Source: an uncultured Desulfobacter sp.
GTDB taxonomy: Bacteria > Desulfobacterota > Desulfobacteria > Desulfobacterales > Desulfobacteraceae
Direction: 5' to 3'
Assembly: GCA_963665095.1 (NCBI GenBank)
Contig: OY762069.1
Span: forward strand, 1,600,001-1,664,000
Length of the DNA stretch: 64,000 bases
The translations under genes and the position numbers were made by a program. Positions 28,050-39,229 of this stretch are shown one piece after another (the first letter of the stretch is position 1; each line of letters starts with the position of its first letter). Under the pieces are notes generated by a model, which searched no databases, was not told the DNA's origin, and worked only from the letters and a program-made list of their open reading frames with translations.

Positions 28050-28088
28050 AAAAAAAGGGCCTCAGAAACCCTTCTGAAACCCTTTATT
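28050..28088 (-). terminator. Terminator of the tRNA pair
   Basis: Minus strand AAAGGGTTTCAGAAGGGTTTCTGAGGCCCTTTTTTT: hairpin plus U-tract. Confidence 0.7.
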
Positions 28089-28093
28089 ATCAA

Positions 28094-28168
28094 TGGAGGC
28101 GGCTCCCGGATTTGAACCGGGGAATAACGGCTTTGCAGGCCGTCGCCTTACCCCTTGGCTAAGCCGCC
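28094..28168 (-). tRNA. tRNA-Cys (GCA)
   Basis: GGCGGCTTAGCCAAG...CTGCAAA anticodon loop...GGTTCAAATCC...CCA. Confidence 0.97.
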
Positions 28169-28173
28169 TTTTG

Positions 28174-28248
28174 TGGAGCGGGAAACGGGATTTGAACCCG
28201 CGACTTCGACCTTGGCAAGGTCGCACTCTACCACTGAGTTATTCCCGC
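28174..28248 (-). tRNA. tRNA-Gly (GCC)
   Basis: GCGGGAATAACTCAGTGGTAGAG...TTGCCAA...GGTTCAAATCCC...CCA. Confidence 0.97.
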
Positions 28249-28264
28249 TCAGCAACAGGAGTTG

Positions 28265-28293
28265 TTTATAGTTGGATGGCAGATTTTTGTCAA
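28265..28293 (-). promoter_or_regulatory. sigma70 promoter of tRNA-Gly/tRNA-Cys
   Basis: TTGACA-N17-TATAAA on the minus strand, 16 bp upstream of tRNA-Gly. Confidence 0.85.
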
Positions 28294-28384
28294 GAAAATT
28301 TTCATCAAATGCACATTTTTCCTACCAGACAGGGATTGCTGCCAATACAGGCTCTGCTGGTTTTAAACTTCAGAGGTTTGACCG

Positions 28385-29029
28385 CTATTTGTTTTTCTGG
28401 TTCCAATCGGCCATAAAGGCATCAATCCCCTTGTCAGTCATATGGTGGAAAGCCAGCTTCTTAAGCACCCCATAGGGAATGGTGGCTATATCTGCACCTA
28501 TCAGAGCAGACTGCTGAACATGGAGCTGACTCCTGACTGAAGCCACAATAATCTGGGTGTCAAAATCATAATTGGTGTAAATCTGTACAATCTCTTCAAT
28601 CAGCCCCATGCCTTCCTGAGCCAGGTCGTCCAGGCGGCCCACAAAGGGAGAAACAAAAGTGGCACCGGCTTTGGCGGCCATCAATGCCTGAAGGGCTGAA
28701 AATACCAAAGTGACATTGGTTTTAATGCCCTCTGAGGACAAGGTCTTTACAGCTTTAAGACCTTCCACGGTCATAGGAATTTTTACAGCAATATTATCTG
28801 CAATCTTTACAAGTTCCCTGGCTTCCCTGACCATACCGTCATACTCCAGGCTAATTACTTCGGCAGACACCGGACCGTCTACAATTTTACAGATTTCGGC
28901 AATGATATCTTTGAATTCGCCTTCTTCTTTGGCAATCAAAGACGGGTTGGTGGTAACCCCGTCCACCATGCCCATGTCGTTGGCGTCCTTAATCTGTTCA
29001 ATATTGGCTGTATCAATAAAAAATTTCAC
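28385..29029 (-). CDS. fsa: Transaldolase / fructose-6-phosphate aldolase (small type)
   Basis: [39 protein letters not shown] start at 29029 with GGAGG RBS. Confidence 0.93.
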   Translation of the reverse strand: MKFFIDTANIEQIKDANDMGMVDGVTTNPSLIAKEEGEFKDIIAEICKIVDGPVSAEVISLEYDGMVREARELVKIADNIAVKIPMTVEGLKAVKTLSSEGIKTNVTLVFSALQALMAAKAGATFVSPFVGRLDDLAQEGMGLIEEIVQIYTNYDFDTQIIVASVRSQLHVQQSALIGADIATIPYGVLKKLAFHHMTDKGIDAFMADWNQKNK

Positions 29030-29552
29030 GGATTTCCTCCTTGTCCAGGGCAATTACCGCCTGGCTGTCATCTATGGGTAAATGTTTGAGCAGTTCGCTT
29101 ACGGTCTTTTTTTTGACCGGGTGAACCAAATTGGGATCTAAATCACAAAGGGGTGTCAGGACAAAATTTCTCTCGTGCATTCGGGGATGGGGGATCTCAA
29201 GCGTATCTGTCACCATCACAGTGTTGCCGTAAAAAATAATATCCAGGTCAATTTTACGCGGCCCGAACCGGAATGGTTTGCCATCCCTGTCCTGTTCTTT
29301 TTCAATCTCTTTAAAAACAGCTAAAAGCGCTTCCGGTGAAAAATCGGTATAAATTTTTAAAGCGGCATTTATAAACCAGTCCTGATCGACAAAATTCTGA
29401 GGCGCTGTCTTATAAAAGTCAGAAATCCCAGCCACACTGATACCGTCGATCTTTTCGAGCCGCTTGACAGCATCACACAAATTGGCAAGTTTGTCTCCCA
29501 TATTGGAACCGATGCTCAAGTATGCAGGTGTTGTTGTATCGTTGTCTGGCAT
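29013..29552 (-). CDS. folK: HPPK (folate biosynthesis pyrophosphokinase)
   Basis: [33 protein letters not shown]. Confidence 0.96.
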   Translation of the reverse strand: MPDNDTTTPAYLSIGSNMGDKLANLCDAVKRLEKIDGISVAGISDFYKTAPQNFVDQDWFINAALKIYTDFSPEALLAVFKEIEKEQDRDGKPFRFGPRKIDLDIIFYGNTVMVTDTLEIPHPRMHERNFVLTPLCDLDPNLVHPVKKKTVSELLKHLPIDDSQAVIALDKEEIREIFY

Positions 29553-29566
29553 GGGTTTAAGCAGTT

Positions 29567-29998
29567 TTAAGGAAAATCTATAAAAAGTGTATCTGATACC
29601 GTGCTTTTATTATTGTCAGGACCTAACGCCTGAACCCGGAAATAGTAATGCAGATCCTGGTCAAGGGTATAGACAAAAGTAGTTTTTGGCATGGGAACCA
29701 CACCAACTGACTTAAACATGAAAGGGCACCCTTCACACCCCTCCAGGGGTTTGGTGGCCATGAAAACTTCGAATCCATCCACGTCACCTTCTGCCTGATT
29801 CCCGTTGTCATATGTCCAGGACAGAGTCGCCTCCCGGTTAATCAGGGCATAGGTCAACTGTGCAGGGGGAGCCAGAACCGTCCCCTTCTTTTCAGGGGGT
29901 ACAGGCGGTCCTTTTTTGCCACATGAAGGCAACAGACATGCAACCGCAAGGTAAACAAACAAAAAACAGCTTAAAAAGCGTTGACAGGTCCGCGTCAA
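29567..29998 (-). CDS. Lipoprotein with FN3-like domain
   Basis: Lipobox followed by CGKKGPPVPP, CEGCP, YYFRVQA. Confidence 0.75.
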   Translation of the reverse strand: MTRTCQRFLSCFLFVYLAVACLLPSCGKKGPPVPPEKKGTVLAPPAQLTYALINREATLSWTYDNGNQAEGDVDGFEVFMATKPLEGCEGCPFMFKSVGVVPMPKTTFVYTLDQDLHYYFRVQALGPDNNKSTVSDTLFIDFP

Positions 29999-31377
29999 AG
30001 TCCCAGATCCTTTTTAGCGGCATCAACGGCCGCACTGACATTGTCAAAGCCTGTACCGCCAAAAGAGTTACGCCGGGCCACCATGGCATCCAGACTGATG
30101 ACGTCGTAAATATCTTTTTCAATCAGTGCACTGAAAGTCTTCATCTCCTCAAGGGTCAAATCATCCAGGGCCCTGCCCTCTTCCAGTGCAAAAGCCACGG
30201 CCCTGCCGGCAACACCATGGGCCTGTCTGAACGGCATCCCCTTGCTTACCAGATAGTCGGCAAAATCAGTGGCATTTAAATAGCCTTTGGAACAGGCCTC
30301 ACGCATATGGTCTTTATGTATGACAATGTGACCGTCGAACATCCTGGTGTAGACCTCCAGGCAGACCTTTAGGGTATCCACCGTGTCAAACAAGGGCTCC
30401 TTGTCTTCCTGCATGTCCTTGTTATAGGCCATGGGCAAAGATTTCATAATGGTCAAAATGGTCATCAAATTGCCTACCACACGCCCGGTCTTGCCCCTGA
30501 CAAGTTCACATGCATCTGGATTCTTTTTCTGAGGCATAATGGAAGAGCCTGTGGTAAAGGCATCGGAGATGGTAATAAACGCAAACTCCGATGTGGACCA
30601 CAAAATCAGCTCTTCAGAAAGCCTGGAAAGATGAATCATGCAGATGGCAGCGTGGGAGATAAATTCCATTATAAAATCGCGGTCTGATACCGAATCAATG
30701 GAGTTGGTACTCGTACTGCAAAAACCGAGAACCTGGCTTGTATATTCCCGGTCTATGGGAAAGGTGGTCCCGGCCAAAGCGGCTGTGCCAAGGGGCATAA
30801 CATCCACCCGCTTAAGAGAGTCCTGGAGGCGCTCGGCATCCCGTTTGAACATCTCATAATAAGCCAGCATGTGATGGGCAAACAAAACAGGTTGGGCCCG
30901 CTGCATGTGGGTATACCCGGGCATGACGGTTATTCTATTGGCATCGGCCATGGCCACAAGTGTGGCCTGAAACCCTTTGAGCATCTCAATGAGATTTAAG
31001 ATCTCCTCTTTCAGGTAGATTCGGACATCCAGGGCCACCTGGTCGTTACGGCTCCTCGCAGTATGAAGTTTTTTGGCCACATCCCCGCACACATTACCCA
31101 AAGCATCTTCCACATGCATATGGATATCTTCCAGGCTATCTGTGAATACCATGTCACCATTGTCAATTTTTGCCTTGACTTTATCCAGACCCTGGACCAG
31201 GGTTTCTGACTCCTCAGTGGCGATAATCCCCTGCTTTGCCATCATTTCAAGATGGGCCTGACTCCCTTTTATATCACTTTCATAAAGACGCTTATCCACA
31301 TCAATGGAGGCATTGAAGGATTCCATCAGTTTGTCCGTGGATTCAGCAAATCGCCCGCCCCATAGTTTTTCACTCAT
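29995..31377 (-). CDS. argH: Argininosuccinate lyase
   Basis: KLWGGRF, HTARSRNDQV, GSSIMPQKKNPD. Confidence 0.98.
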   Translation of the reverse strand: MSEKLWGGRFAESTDKLMESFNASIDVDKRLYESDIKGSQAHLEMMAKQGIIATEESETLVQGLDKVKAKIDNGDMVFTDSLEDIHMHVEDALGNVCGDVAKKLHTARSRNDQVALDVRIYLKEEILNLIEMLKGFQATLVAMADANRITVMPGYTHMQRAQPVLFAHHMLAYYEMFKRDAERLQDSLKRVDVMPLGTAALAGTTFPIDREYTSQVLGFCSTSTNSIDSVSDRDFIMEFISHAAICMIHLSRLSEELILWSTSEFAFITISDAFTTGSSIMPQKKNPDACELVRGKTGRVVGNLMTILTIMKSLPMAYNKDMQEDKEPLFDTVDTLKVCLEVYTRMFDGHIVIHKDHMREACSKGYLNATDFADYLVSKGMPFRQAHGVAGRAVAFALEEGRALDDLTLEEMKTFSALIEKDIYDVISLDAMVARRNSFGGTGFDNVSAAVDAAKKDLGL

Positions 31378-31412
31378 CTAACTACTTCCCGCGCTTAACT
31401 TTCTGCGCTTTT

Positions 31413-32330
31413 TTATCTGCTTAATATCAGTTTTTCCAGAATAGCTTTATGCATATGTCGTTTATTTTCCGCCTGATCCCAGAACACGGCATTGTCTGCC
31501 TCCAGAACAGATTCGGAAATTTCCTCCCCCCGGTGGGCAGGCAGGCAATGCAGCACCATAACATCATCCTTGGCCCATTTAAGCAGTTCCTCATTTACCT
31601 GGAACCCCTCAAATATTTTAAGCCGTCCTTCCAGTTCATCTTCCTCGCCCATGCTGGCCCAGACATCAGTGTAAACCACATCCGCACCTTTTACCGCCTC
31701 CTTGGGATCGTTTGTGAACACAATATTATCTTTTGTGTCTGCCCCGGATGCGGCAATGATCTCAGGCTTGATATGATGCTGTTCCGGGCAGGCGACAATC
31801 AGATTAAACCCGAGTACGGACGCGGCATTCACCCAGGAGTTGGCCACATTATTGCCATCTCCCACCCAGGCAATTTTCACCTTTTCATACCCGTCTTTAT
31901 GCTCTATCACGGTCATGATGTCGCTTAAAATCTGACAGGGGTGAAAGGAATCGGTCAGGGCATTAATCACCGGAATAGTGGAACTTTTGGCAAAAGTTTT
32001 AACCAGTTCATGGTCAAAGGTCCTCATGGCCAGACAGTCAATGTACCGGGACAGAACCCGGGCGGTATCTTCGGCCGGTTCATTCCTTGAAATCTGGGTA
32101 TCCTGGGTACTCATGTAGATAGAGTGCCCCCCCATCTGAATCATGGCAGTTTCAAAGGCAATACGGGTCCTGGTGGATTTTTTATCAAAAATAAGACCTA
32201 AGGTTTTACCGGCCAGAATGGCATCTGCAATGCCTTTTTTATGGCGCTCTTTTAAACTTAAGGCCCGTTCAAACAGGGTTGTAAAATCATTGGGTTCAAG
32301 GTCCAGTAAAGACAGTAAATCCTTTTTCAA
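31413..32330 (-). CDS. argF: Ornithine carbamoyltransferase
   Basis: STRTR, HPCQ, DVWASMG, HCLPAHRGEE. Confidence 0.97.
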   Translation of the reverse strand: MKKDLLSLLDLEPNDFTTLFERALSLKERHKKGIADAILAGKTLGLIFDKKSTRTRIAFETAMIQMGGHSIYMSTQDTQISRNEPAEDTARVLSRYIDCLAMRTFDHELVKTFAKSSTIPVINALTDSFHPCQILSDIMTVIEHKDGYEKVKIAWVGDGNNVANSWVNAASVLGFNLIVACPEQHHIKPEIIAASGADTKDNIVFTNDPKEAVKGADVVYTDVWASMGEEDELEGRLKIFEGFQVNEELLKWAKDDVMVLHCLPAHRGEEISESVLEADNAVFWDQAENKRHMHKAILEKLILSR

Positions 32331-33523
32331 TTATCTTCTCCTGCCAGCAGGCTGTCCAAAACGGCAACCAGCTGATTAATTTCTGTTTTCCCTATAATTA
32401 GGGGCGGTGCAAATCTGAGGACTTTATCCTGAATTGCATTAATAATAAAGCCTTTTTTGAAACATTCAGTAACAAAGTCAGATGCTTTGCGTCCCTGACG
32501 AACATCAAGCTCCATCCCGATCAAAAGGCCTTTACCCCTGACATCCAGCACTTTGTCATGTTTCTGTTTCAGGATGTGCAGCTGCTCCAGGAAAAATTCG
32601 CTTTTTTCACGCACGGAGGCCAGGAACCCGTCCTCACAGAGCAGGCGGACCACTTCAAGGCCGGCAGCGGTTGCCAATGGCGTGCCACCGAAAGTAGACC
32701 CGTGGCTGCCTGCCTCAAACCCTTCAGCCGCTTTTTCAGTAGCCAGCATGGCTCCAATTGGCACGCCATTGGCCAGGGCCTTGGCAAGGGTCATGATATC
32801 CGGGGTGACGCCAAAGGATTCATGGGCAAACAAGTAACCTGTGCGCCCCATGCCAGTTTGAATTTCATCAAAAATCAACAGAGTGCTGGTGTCTGTGCAA
32901 AGCTGTCTTGCGGCCTTGATATAATCAGAATCAGCCGGGATCACCCCCCCCTCCCCCTGGACCGGTTCAATCATCACCGCGCATACGGTATCATCAACTG
33001 CTGCCTTCAAAGCGTCGATGTCATTGAATGGTACATGCTCAAACCCCTCTAACAGTGGATAAAACCCTTTCTTGATCTTATCCTGGCCTGTGGCAGACAA
33101 GGTGGCCATGGTCCGGCCATGAAAACTTTGCTGCATGGTGATTATTTTATACCGGTTATTCTCCCCCCTGGCCTGGAAAAACCTTCGTGCAAGCTTGATG
33201 GCAGCTTCATTGGCTTCTGCGCCGGAGTTGCAAAAAAACGCTCGGTCGGCAAAGGATTTTTCCGTCAGGACCTTGGCAAGTTCAGCCTGGGGACGCGAAT
33301 AAAACAGATTGGAAACATGCACCAGGGCACCTGCCTGGGCAGAAATGGCTGCCGTCAGATCAGGATGGCAATGGCCCAGGTTGCACACGGCAATGCCGGC
33401 CAAAAAATCAATATACTCTTTTCCCTGATCGTCAAAAAGTTTAACCCCCCTGCCCTTTACAAAGGGCTGTCCCTGACGCAGATAGGTTTTAAACACATGT
33501 TCTTCAGTCAGTTGGATACTCAT
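32327..33523 (-). CDS. argD: Acetylornithine aminotransferase
   Basis: NSGAEANEAA, SFHGRT, DEIQTGMGRTG, TLAKAL, HGSTFGG. Confidence 0.96.
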   Translation of the reverse strand: MSIQLTEEHVFKTYLRQGQPFVKGRGVKLFDDQGKEYIDFLAGIAVCNLGHCHPDLTAAISAQAGALVHVSNLFYSRPQAELAKVLTEKSFADRAFFCNSGAEANEAAIKLARRFFQARGENNRYKIITMQQSFHGRTMATLSATGQDKIKKGFYPLLEGFEHVPFNDIDALKAAVDDTVCAVMIEPVQGEGGVIPADSDYIKAARQLCTDTSTLLIFDEIQTGMGRTGYLFAHESFGVTPDIMTLAKALANGVPIGAMLATEKAAEGFEAGSHGSTFGGTPLATAAGLEVVRLLCEDGFLASVREKSEFFLEQLHILKQKHDKVLDVRGKGLLIGMELDVRQGRKASDFVTECFKKGFIINAIQDKVLRFAPPLIIGKTEINQLVAVLDSLLAGEDN

Positions 33524-33550
33524 TTTTTCTTCCTTATTCTTCTTTACGCA

Positions 33551-34429
33551 TCATGAGGTAAACAGCTGAGTGCCGATGCCCGAATCGGTAAACAGCTCCA
33601 GCAGTACCGCATGGGGTGTTCTGCCATTTATAATATGGGCTTTTTTCACCCCGGCATTCAGGGCGGCAAGTCCGCATTCCACTTTTGGAATCATGCCCCC
33701 TGAAATTCTTTTGTCATTTATCATCTCCCGTACCTGGACTTCATTGACGGAAGAAATCAGTTCTTTGTCCGCGCCAAGCACCCCGTCCACATCTGTAACC
33801 AGAATAAGACGTTCGGCTTCGAGTGCCGCTGCAATCCTTGCGGCCACCACATCGGCGTTAATATTATAGGTTTCTCCTCTGGAACCCACCCCCACAGGCG
33901 CTATGATAGGGATAAACCCACTGGCCGTAAGGGTATGAATTATTTCAGGGTTTACCTTGGAGACATCTCCCACCATGCCCGGATCAATGATCTCAGGCGG
34001 CTTGCTCTCATCTTCCTGATGGTAAATGGTCATTTTATCTGCCAGGATCAGCCCGGCATCTTTTCCGGAAAGGCCGACAGCCTTACCCCCTTCGATATTG
34101 ATACGGGAGACCACATCCTTATTTACCTTGCCGCCAAGCACCATCTCCACCACATCCATGGTGGCATTGTCCGTATACCGCATCCCTTTGATGAAAGTAG
34201 AGGTAATGTTCATGGCTTTTAGGACCTCATTGATCTGGGGCCCGCCACCATGCACCACCACCGGGTTGATCCCAATGGTTTTTAACAGTATGATATCTTT
34301 GGCAAAATTGGTTTTAAGATCCTCATCCACCATGGCATGCCCGCCATATTTGATCACAAGTGTTTTCCCGGTAAATTTCCGGATATAGGGCAAGGCCTCA
34401 ATTAAAATGTCTGCTACTGTATGGCTCAT
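33551..34429 (-). CDS. argB: Acetylglutamate kinase
   Basis: [28 protein letters not shown]. Confidence 0.97.
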   Translation of the reverse strand: MSHTVADILIEALPYIRKFTGKTLVIKYGGHAMVDEDLKTNFAKDIILLKTIGINPVVVHGGGPQINEVLKAMNITSTFIKGMRYTDNATMDVVEMVLGGKVNKDVVSRINIEGGKAVGLSGKDAGLILADKMTIYHQEDESKPPEIIDPGMVGDVSKVNPEIIHTLTASGFIPIIAPVGVGSRGETYNINADVVAARIAAALEAERLILVTDVDGVLGADKELISSVNEVQVREMINDKRISGGMIPKVECGLAALNAGVKKAHIINGRTPHAVLLELFTDSGIGTQLFTS

Positions 34430-35805
34430 AGAATATACCTGCTTAAATCCTCGTTTTTCACAATATCAATCAGCTCTTTTTCAACAAAGTCTGCATCAAT
34501 GGAGATCTTTTTATCAGCTATATCAGGTGCGTCAAATAAAATATTTTCCAAAAGCTTTTCCATAAGGGTATGCAGGCGTCTGGCACCAATATTTTCCATG
34601 GAGGCATTCACCTCAACGGCAATGTCAGCAATTTTTTCCACAGCATTCTGGGTGAAACTTAAATCCACGCCTTCGGTGCGCAACAGTGCAATATACTGGA
34701 GAATCAAGGCATTCTTGGGTTCGGTAAGGATACGGGTAAATTCATTGGCCCCTAAGGAGTGAAGTTCCACCCGAATGGGGAACCGGCCCTGCAGCTCAGG
34801 GATCAGATCACTGGGTTTGGACACATGAAAGGCGCCCGAGGCAATGAACAGGATATGATCAGTTTTTACGGTCCCGTATTTGGTGGGGACGGAACTGCCC
34901 TCCACAATGGGCAGAAGATCTCTTTGGACCCCCTCTTTGGAAACTTCCGGCCCTTGACTTTTCTCTTTGCCGGCAATTTTGTCGATCTCATCAATAAAGA
35001 TAATGCCGGACTGCTCCACCATGGCAATGGCTTCGTTTTTCACCTGTTCCATATCCACGAGATGTGCTGCTTCCTCCTGGGTGATCAGGCTTAAGGCCTC
35101 TTTTACCTTCAGAGTACGCCGTTTGGTATTTTTCGGCATCAAGCTGCCCAGCATATCCTTCATGTTGATGCCCATCTCCTCCATGCCGGCATTGGAGAAG
35201 ATCTCCACCATGGGAAAGCTTTTGTCCGGCACATCCATATCCACTTTCCGGTCATCCAGTTTTCCCTGGTCCAGCATTCTGCCAAGTTTTTCCCGGGTGT
35301 GCCCCGGGGAGGAACCGTCCGCATCTTCCCGGGACTCCTGCTCCCCGGTAAACCCAAAGGCTGGTGTTTTCTGGGAATTGGGCAAAAGGAGATCCAAAAC
35401 CCGTTCCCGTGCGATTTTCGCTGCTTTCTCCTGAACCGCCTCCTGCTGCCGCCCTTTCAGTACATTTACGGTGAGCTCTAACAAATCCCGGATCATAGAC
35501 TCCACATCCCGGCCCACATAGCCCACTTCAGTAAATTTGCTGGCCTCCACCTTATAGAATGGTGAGTCGGTCAGATTGGCCAGACGTCGGGCAATTTCAG
35601 TTTTGCCTACGCCGGTGGGACCAATGAGAATTATATTTTTAGGGGCAATCTCATCCTGGAGATCCGGGTCAATCTGACGGCGTCGCCACCGGTTTCTCAA
35701 AGCAATGGCCACTGATTTCTTGGCATCATTCTGGCCGATTATATATTTGTCCAGCTCCGTTACAATCTGATGGGGTTTTAAATCATTCATCAACAATAAT
35801 TCCAA
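34426..35805 (-). CDS. hslU: ATP-dependent protease ATPase subunit
   Basis: [33 protein letters not shown]-term DLSRYIL. Confidence 0.98.
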   Translation of the reverse strand: MELLLMNDLKPHQIVTELDKYIIGQNDAKKSVAIALRNRWRRRQIDPDLQDEIAPKNIILIGPTGVGKTEIARRLANLTDSPFYKVEASKFTEVGYVGRDVESMIRDLLELTVNVLKGRQQEAVQEKAAKIARERVLDLLLPNSQKTPAFGFTGEQESREDADGSSPGHTREKLGRMLDQGKLDDRKVDMDVPDKSFPMVEIFSNAGMEEMGINMKDMLGSLMPKNTKRRTLKVKEALSLITQEEAAHLVDMEQVKNEAIAMVEQSGIIFIDEIDKIAGKEKSQGPEVSKEGVQRDLLPIVEGSSVPTKYGTVKTDHILFIASGAFHVSKPSDLIPELQGRFPIRVELHSLGANEFTRILTEPKNALILQYIALLRTEGVDLSFTQNAVEKIADIAVEVNASMENIGARRLHTLMEKLLENILFDAPDIADKKISIDADFVEKELIDIVKNEDLSRYIL

Positions 35806-35837
35806 ATAGGTTCGTTGTCTTTCTGTTTATTTCGACC

Positions 35838-36383
35838 TTATCTTTCCAGGGTTTCAACAGTCACATGATGATTGGTGTATATGCAGATATCACCGGCAAT
35901 CTTCATGGCCTTTTCCACAACCTGGACCGGGGGCAGGTCTGTATTCTCGCTTAAGGCCACGGCAGCCGCCTGGGCTGCGACACTGCCCGATCCAATGGAG
36001 ATCACCCCCTCGTCCGGTTCAATCACATCTCCGTTGCCGGATAGAAGATACAGGTTTTCCTTGTCTGCTGCAATCATCATGGCTTCAAGGCGGCGCAGAT
36101 ATTTGTCCGTGCGCCATTCCCTGGCAAGTTCCACACAGGCCCGGGTGAGGCTGCCTGAGTACTGTTCAAGTTTCTGTTCCAGTTTTTCCGACAGGGTCAG
36201 CGCATCGGCTGTGGCCCCGGCAAAACCTGTAATAATCCGGTTATTGAAAATCCTGCGCACTTTTTTTGCCCTGTGTTTGGTCACGATGTTTCCCAAAGTG
36301 ACCTGCCCGTCACCGGCCACCACCACCATCTCTTTTGTTTTCACCGCCAGTATGGTTGTGCCGTGAAACGTCTGGTTCTCCAT
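35838..36383 (-). CDS. hslV: ATP-dependent protease peptidase subunit
   Basis: [34 protein letters not shown]; likely start 36383. Confidence 0.97.
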   Translation of the reverse strand: MENQTFHGTTILAVKTKEMVVVAGDGQVTLGNIVTKHRAKKVRRIFNNRIITGFAGATADALTLSEKLEQKLEQYSGSLTRACVELAREWRTDKYLRRLEAMMIAADKENLYLLSGNGDVIEPDEGVISIGSGSVAAQAAAVALSENTDLPPVQVVEKAMKIAGDICIYTNHHVTVETLER

Positions 36384-36524
36384 ATATTTTGCTCTCCTGA
36401 TATAAATCATTGGCTTTCCAGCCAGATTGTCAAACCCTTCCTTAAGGTGCCCCGGCATACGACAAAAAAACAATTCCCCAAAAATTGTCGCATTTTAATC
36501 ACACGGAAACAAATTTATCTTGGT

Positions 36525-37439
36525 CTATCGTCGGGGATGTGCCTTATCGTAAACAGCCACAAGCCGATCCATGCTGACATGGGTGTAGACCTGGGTAGTG
36601 GAAAGAGTGGCATGGCCTAAAATCTCCTGAATACCACGCAGATCAGCACCTGAATCCAGCATATGAGTGGCAAATGTATGACGCAGGGTATGTGGTGAAA
36701 TTTTCAGACCCAGACCCAGTTCCGTCACCACCTTGTCAAGGATACGCCGGATGGACCGCCGGCCAAGCCGTTGAAAATCTTTGTTTACAAATACGGCTGG
36801 ATAGTTTTCCTTCAAATGCTTCCGATAGATTTGGATGGTCTCAAGGGCACGCCTTCCCACAGGCATGATACGCTCTTTATTTCCTTTCCCCAGCACCCGG
36901 ATAAGCCCTGCATGGAAATCAATATCATAAATATTAAGCATATGCAGCTCACCGATGCGCATGCCCGTGGAATAAAAGGTTTCAAACATGGCCTGATTCC
37001 GTCGATCCAGCCAGGTATCGGTCTTCATGCCGTCCAGAAGGCGAAAAATATCATCAATGCCCATGGCTTTGGGCAATGTCTTCTCAAGCTTGGGAAAGGG
37101 GATGGCATCAGCGGGATTCAATGGGATCACCCCTGCCCGGACCAGGTAATCAAAGAAGGATTTAAGGGCGGACAGCCGCCTTGAAAGCGTCTTTTTACTC
37201 TTCTTCAACCGGGTCTGGGCTGCCAGATACCTGCGCACAGCTGTTTTATCCACCGCATGGACCTGATCCGCAAATATTTTCTGCCAGTTATCTGCTTTCA
37301 GCAAATCATCCGGGTGACAACCGCAGGCCTCAAGGAAGAAAAGGATAAAACTTTTTATGTCTGTAAAGTAGGCCCGCAGCGTATGGGCTGAGTAGCCCTT
37401 TTCCGCTTCAAGAGTAACCAGATACGTGTCAAGAATCAT
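36525..37439 (-). CDS. xerC: Tyrosine recombinase XerC
   Basis: TGMRIGEL, GKGNKER, HTLRHTFATH, LGHATLSTTQVYTHV; upstream of hslVU. Confidence 0.92.
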   Translation of the reverse strand: MILDTYLVTLEAEKGYSAHTLRAYFTDIKSFILFFLEACGCHPDDLLKADNWQKIFADQVHAVDKTAVRRYLAAQTRLKKSKKTLSRRLSALKSFFDYLVRAGVIPLNPADAIPFPKLEKTLPKAMGIDDIFRLLDGMKTDTWLDRRNQAMFETFYSTGMRIGELHMLNIYDIDFHAGLIRVLGKGNKERIMPVGRRALETIQIYRKHLKENYPAVFVNKDFQRLGRRSIRRILDKVVTELGLGLKISPHTLRHTFATHMLDSGADLRGIQEILGHATLSTTQVYTHVSMDRLVAVYDKAHPRR

Positions 37440-38055
37440 GGTTGCCCAGTCCTGCGCAGGCCATAACCTGTTTTATATCATCCCAGACAGCCCGTTTCAA
37501 AGCTGGGTTTTCCAAAAGGAAAGCTGGATGGTAGGTAGCCATCACCGGAACTCCGCAAAATTTAAAGAACCGTCCCCGGAACGTTTCTATGGACTCTTTG
37601 CTGTTTTTCAGCATCTGGCCGGCCTGCTGCCCCAGCGCAACCAAAGCTTTCGGTTGGTTCATCCGGACATGTCTTTCGATCCGGGCCAGATCTGCAATAT
37701 TGCAAATACATACGGTTTCCGGGGTGAGATGCATGGCAGAAAGGATTTTTACCAGAAGTTTTCCAGCGGGACCTTCAAAAAAAATACCTTCGGAATCAAC
37801 CAGAACAATTTTAGAGTCATAAGCGCCCTGACATATAAATTGAGGAGCCCGCCATGAGGGGGTGCCCCATTTTTCAAGAAGGCTCAATGCATCATCACCC
37901 AGATTAACCGCTTGATTTCCTAAAGTTTTCTGATAGTTCAGATGCTGTTTCAAGGCATTGAGCGTCTGAATAAAAGCACGTCCAAAATCAGGGTCAGGAA
38001 ATGGCCCGCCGCTCATCGCAGTCATAGTGTCAGCAGCATGCCTGTACCACAGCAT
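37429..38055 (-). CDS. Uracil-DNA glycosylase family 4-like protein, degenerate
   Basis: FEGPAGKLL..IL.AM.L, LVALG, ATYHPAFLL..P..KRAVW.D; GEAPG motif and Fe-S cysteines absent; start uncertain. Confidence 0.75.
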   Translation of the reverse strand: MLWYRHAADTMTAMSGGPFPDPDFGRAFIQTLNALKQHLNYQKTLGNQAVNLGDDALSLLEKWGTPSWRAPQFICQGAYDSKIVLVDSEGIFFEGPAGKLLVKILSAMHLTPETVCICNIADLARIERHVRMNQPKALVALGQQAGQMLKNSKESIETFRGRFFKFCGVPVMATYHPAFLLENPALKRAVWDDIKQVMACAGLGNHDS

Positions 38056-39229
38056 CTAAAATACTATGGGCCACTTTCTGTTTGGACATCAGCGGCAGGT
38101 CCGTGACACTGCCGTCCCGGGTGAACAGCTTGACCTTATTGGTATCGGCCTGAAACCCGGAATCACTTTCCCCCACAATATTGGCGGCAATCATGTCGAG
38201 GTTTTTCTTTTCAAGCTTTTTTGACGCGTATTCTTCAAGGTCCTGTGTTTCCGCTGCAAACCCGACCAGATACTGGTCTTGCCTTTTTTTACCGCCGATG
38301 GCTTTTAAAATATCCCTGTTCTGGGTCAGTTCAAGGCACAGTCCGTCTGTTTCACCGGTCTTCTTAATTTTATGCGCCTGTGCTGAGACAGGTTTAAAAT
38401 CCGCCACTGCCGCCACCTTAATAATGATATCAGCCTGATCCAGAGACGCCATGACCGCATCGTACATCTGATCACAGGTCTGAACGGAAACGGTCTCAAC
38501 ACCTACAGGCGCAGAAAGATTGACAGGACCGGAAACCAGGATGACCCTGGCACCCCTTTTTTCGGCCGCCTCGGCCAGGGCATAGCCCATTTTGCCAGAA
38601 GAGTGGTTGCTTAAGAATCGCACCGGGTCAATGGGTTCCACCGTAGGACCGGCAGACATCAGAATGGTTTTACCGGCCAGATCCTTTTTATAAAACAGGG
38701 CACAGGCCCTGTCAAAAATAAACCACGGCTCCGGCAGACGTCCGGCTCCGGTGGTTCTACAGGCCAGAACACCTGCATCCGGGTCAAGAATGTGCATCCC
38801 CGATTCCTCCAGAATATCCAGATTTTTTTGTACCCGGATATTTTGGTACATATCTGTGTTCATGGAGGGACAGATCATGACAGGGCAGGTCATGGCCAGC
38901 ATGGTGGTAGTCAGTGCATCATCCGCAATGCCGCCGGCAAGCTTTCCAATGCAGTTAGCCGTGGCCGGTGCGATCATGGCAAGGTCTGATCGGGACGCTG
39001 CCTCAATATGAGCGACTCCGGATCCAGAGCCTTCCCACAAATCCATGAGAACCGGATTTTCCGACAATACCTCAAAAGTGATCGGCCCAACAAACCTGGC
39101 AGCGGCTTTTGTCATTGAGACCACGACATTTGCGCCCGCCTTTTTGAACAGCCGCAACAGTTCCACGGATTTATACGCGGCAATACCGCCAGTCACGCCC
39201 AGAAAAATTTGTTTATTATCCAGAATCAT
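38030..39229 (-). CDS. coaBC: Phosphopantothenoylcysteine decarboxylase/synthetase
   Basis: GVTGGIAAYKS, APATAN, EPIDPVRFLSNHSSGKMG, VGFAAET. Confidence 0.97.
   Translation of the reverse strand: MILDNKQIFLGVTGGIAAYKSVELLRLFKKAGANVVVSMTKAAARFVGPITFEVLSENPVLMDLWEGSGSGVAHIEAASRSDLAMIAPATANCIGKLAGGIADDALTTTMLAMTCPVMICPSMNTDMYQNIRVQKNLDILEESGMHILDPDAGVLACRTTGAGRLPEPWFIFDRACALFYKKDLAGKTILMSAGPTVEPIDPVRFLSNHSSGKMGYALAEAAEKRGARVILVSGPVNLSAPVGVETVSVQTCDQMYDAVMASLDQADIIIKVAAVADFKPVSAQAHKIKKTGETDGLCLELTQNRDILKAIGGKKRQDQYLVGFAAETQDLEEYASKKLEKKNLDMIAANIVGESDSGFQADTNKVKLFTRDGSVTDLPLMSKQKVAHSILDAVVQACC

Noticed and set aside
28093..28416. 107-aa ORF over the tRNAs
   Set aside because: Antisense translation of tRNA-Cys and tRNA-Gly.
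29995..37439. xerC-hslVU-argBDF-argH superoperon without argG
   Set aside because: Similar clusters are common in deltaproteobacteria; argG is probably elsewhere; not novel.
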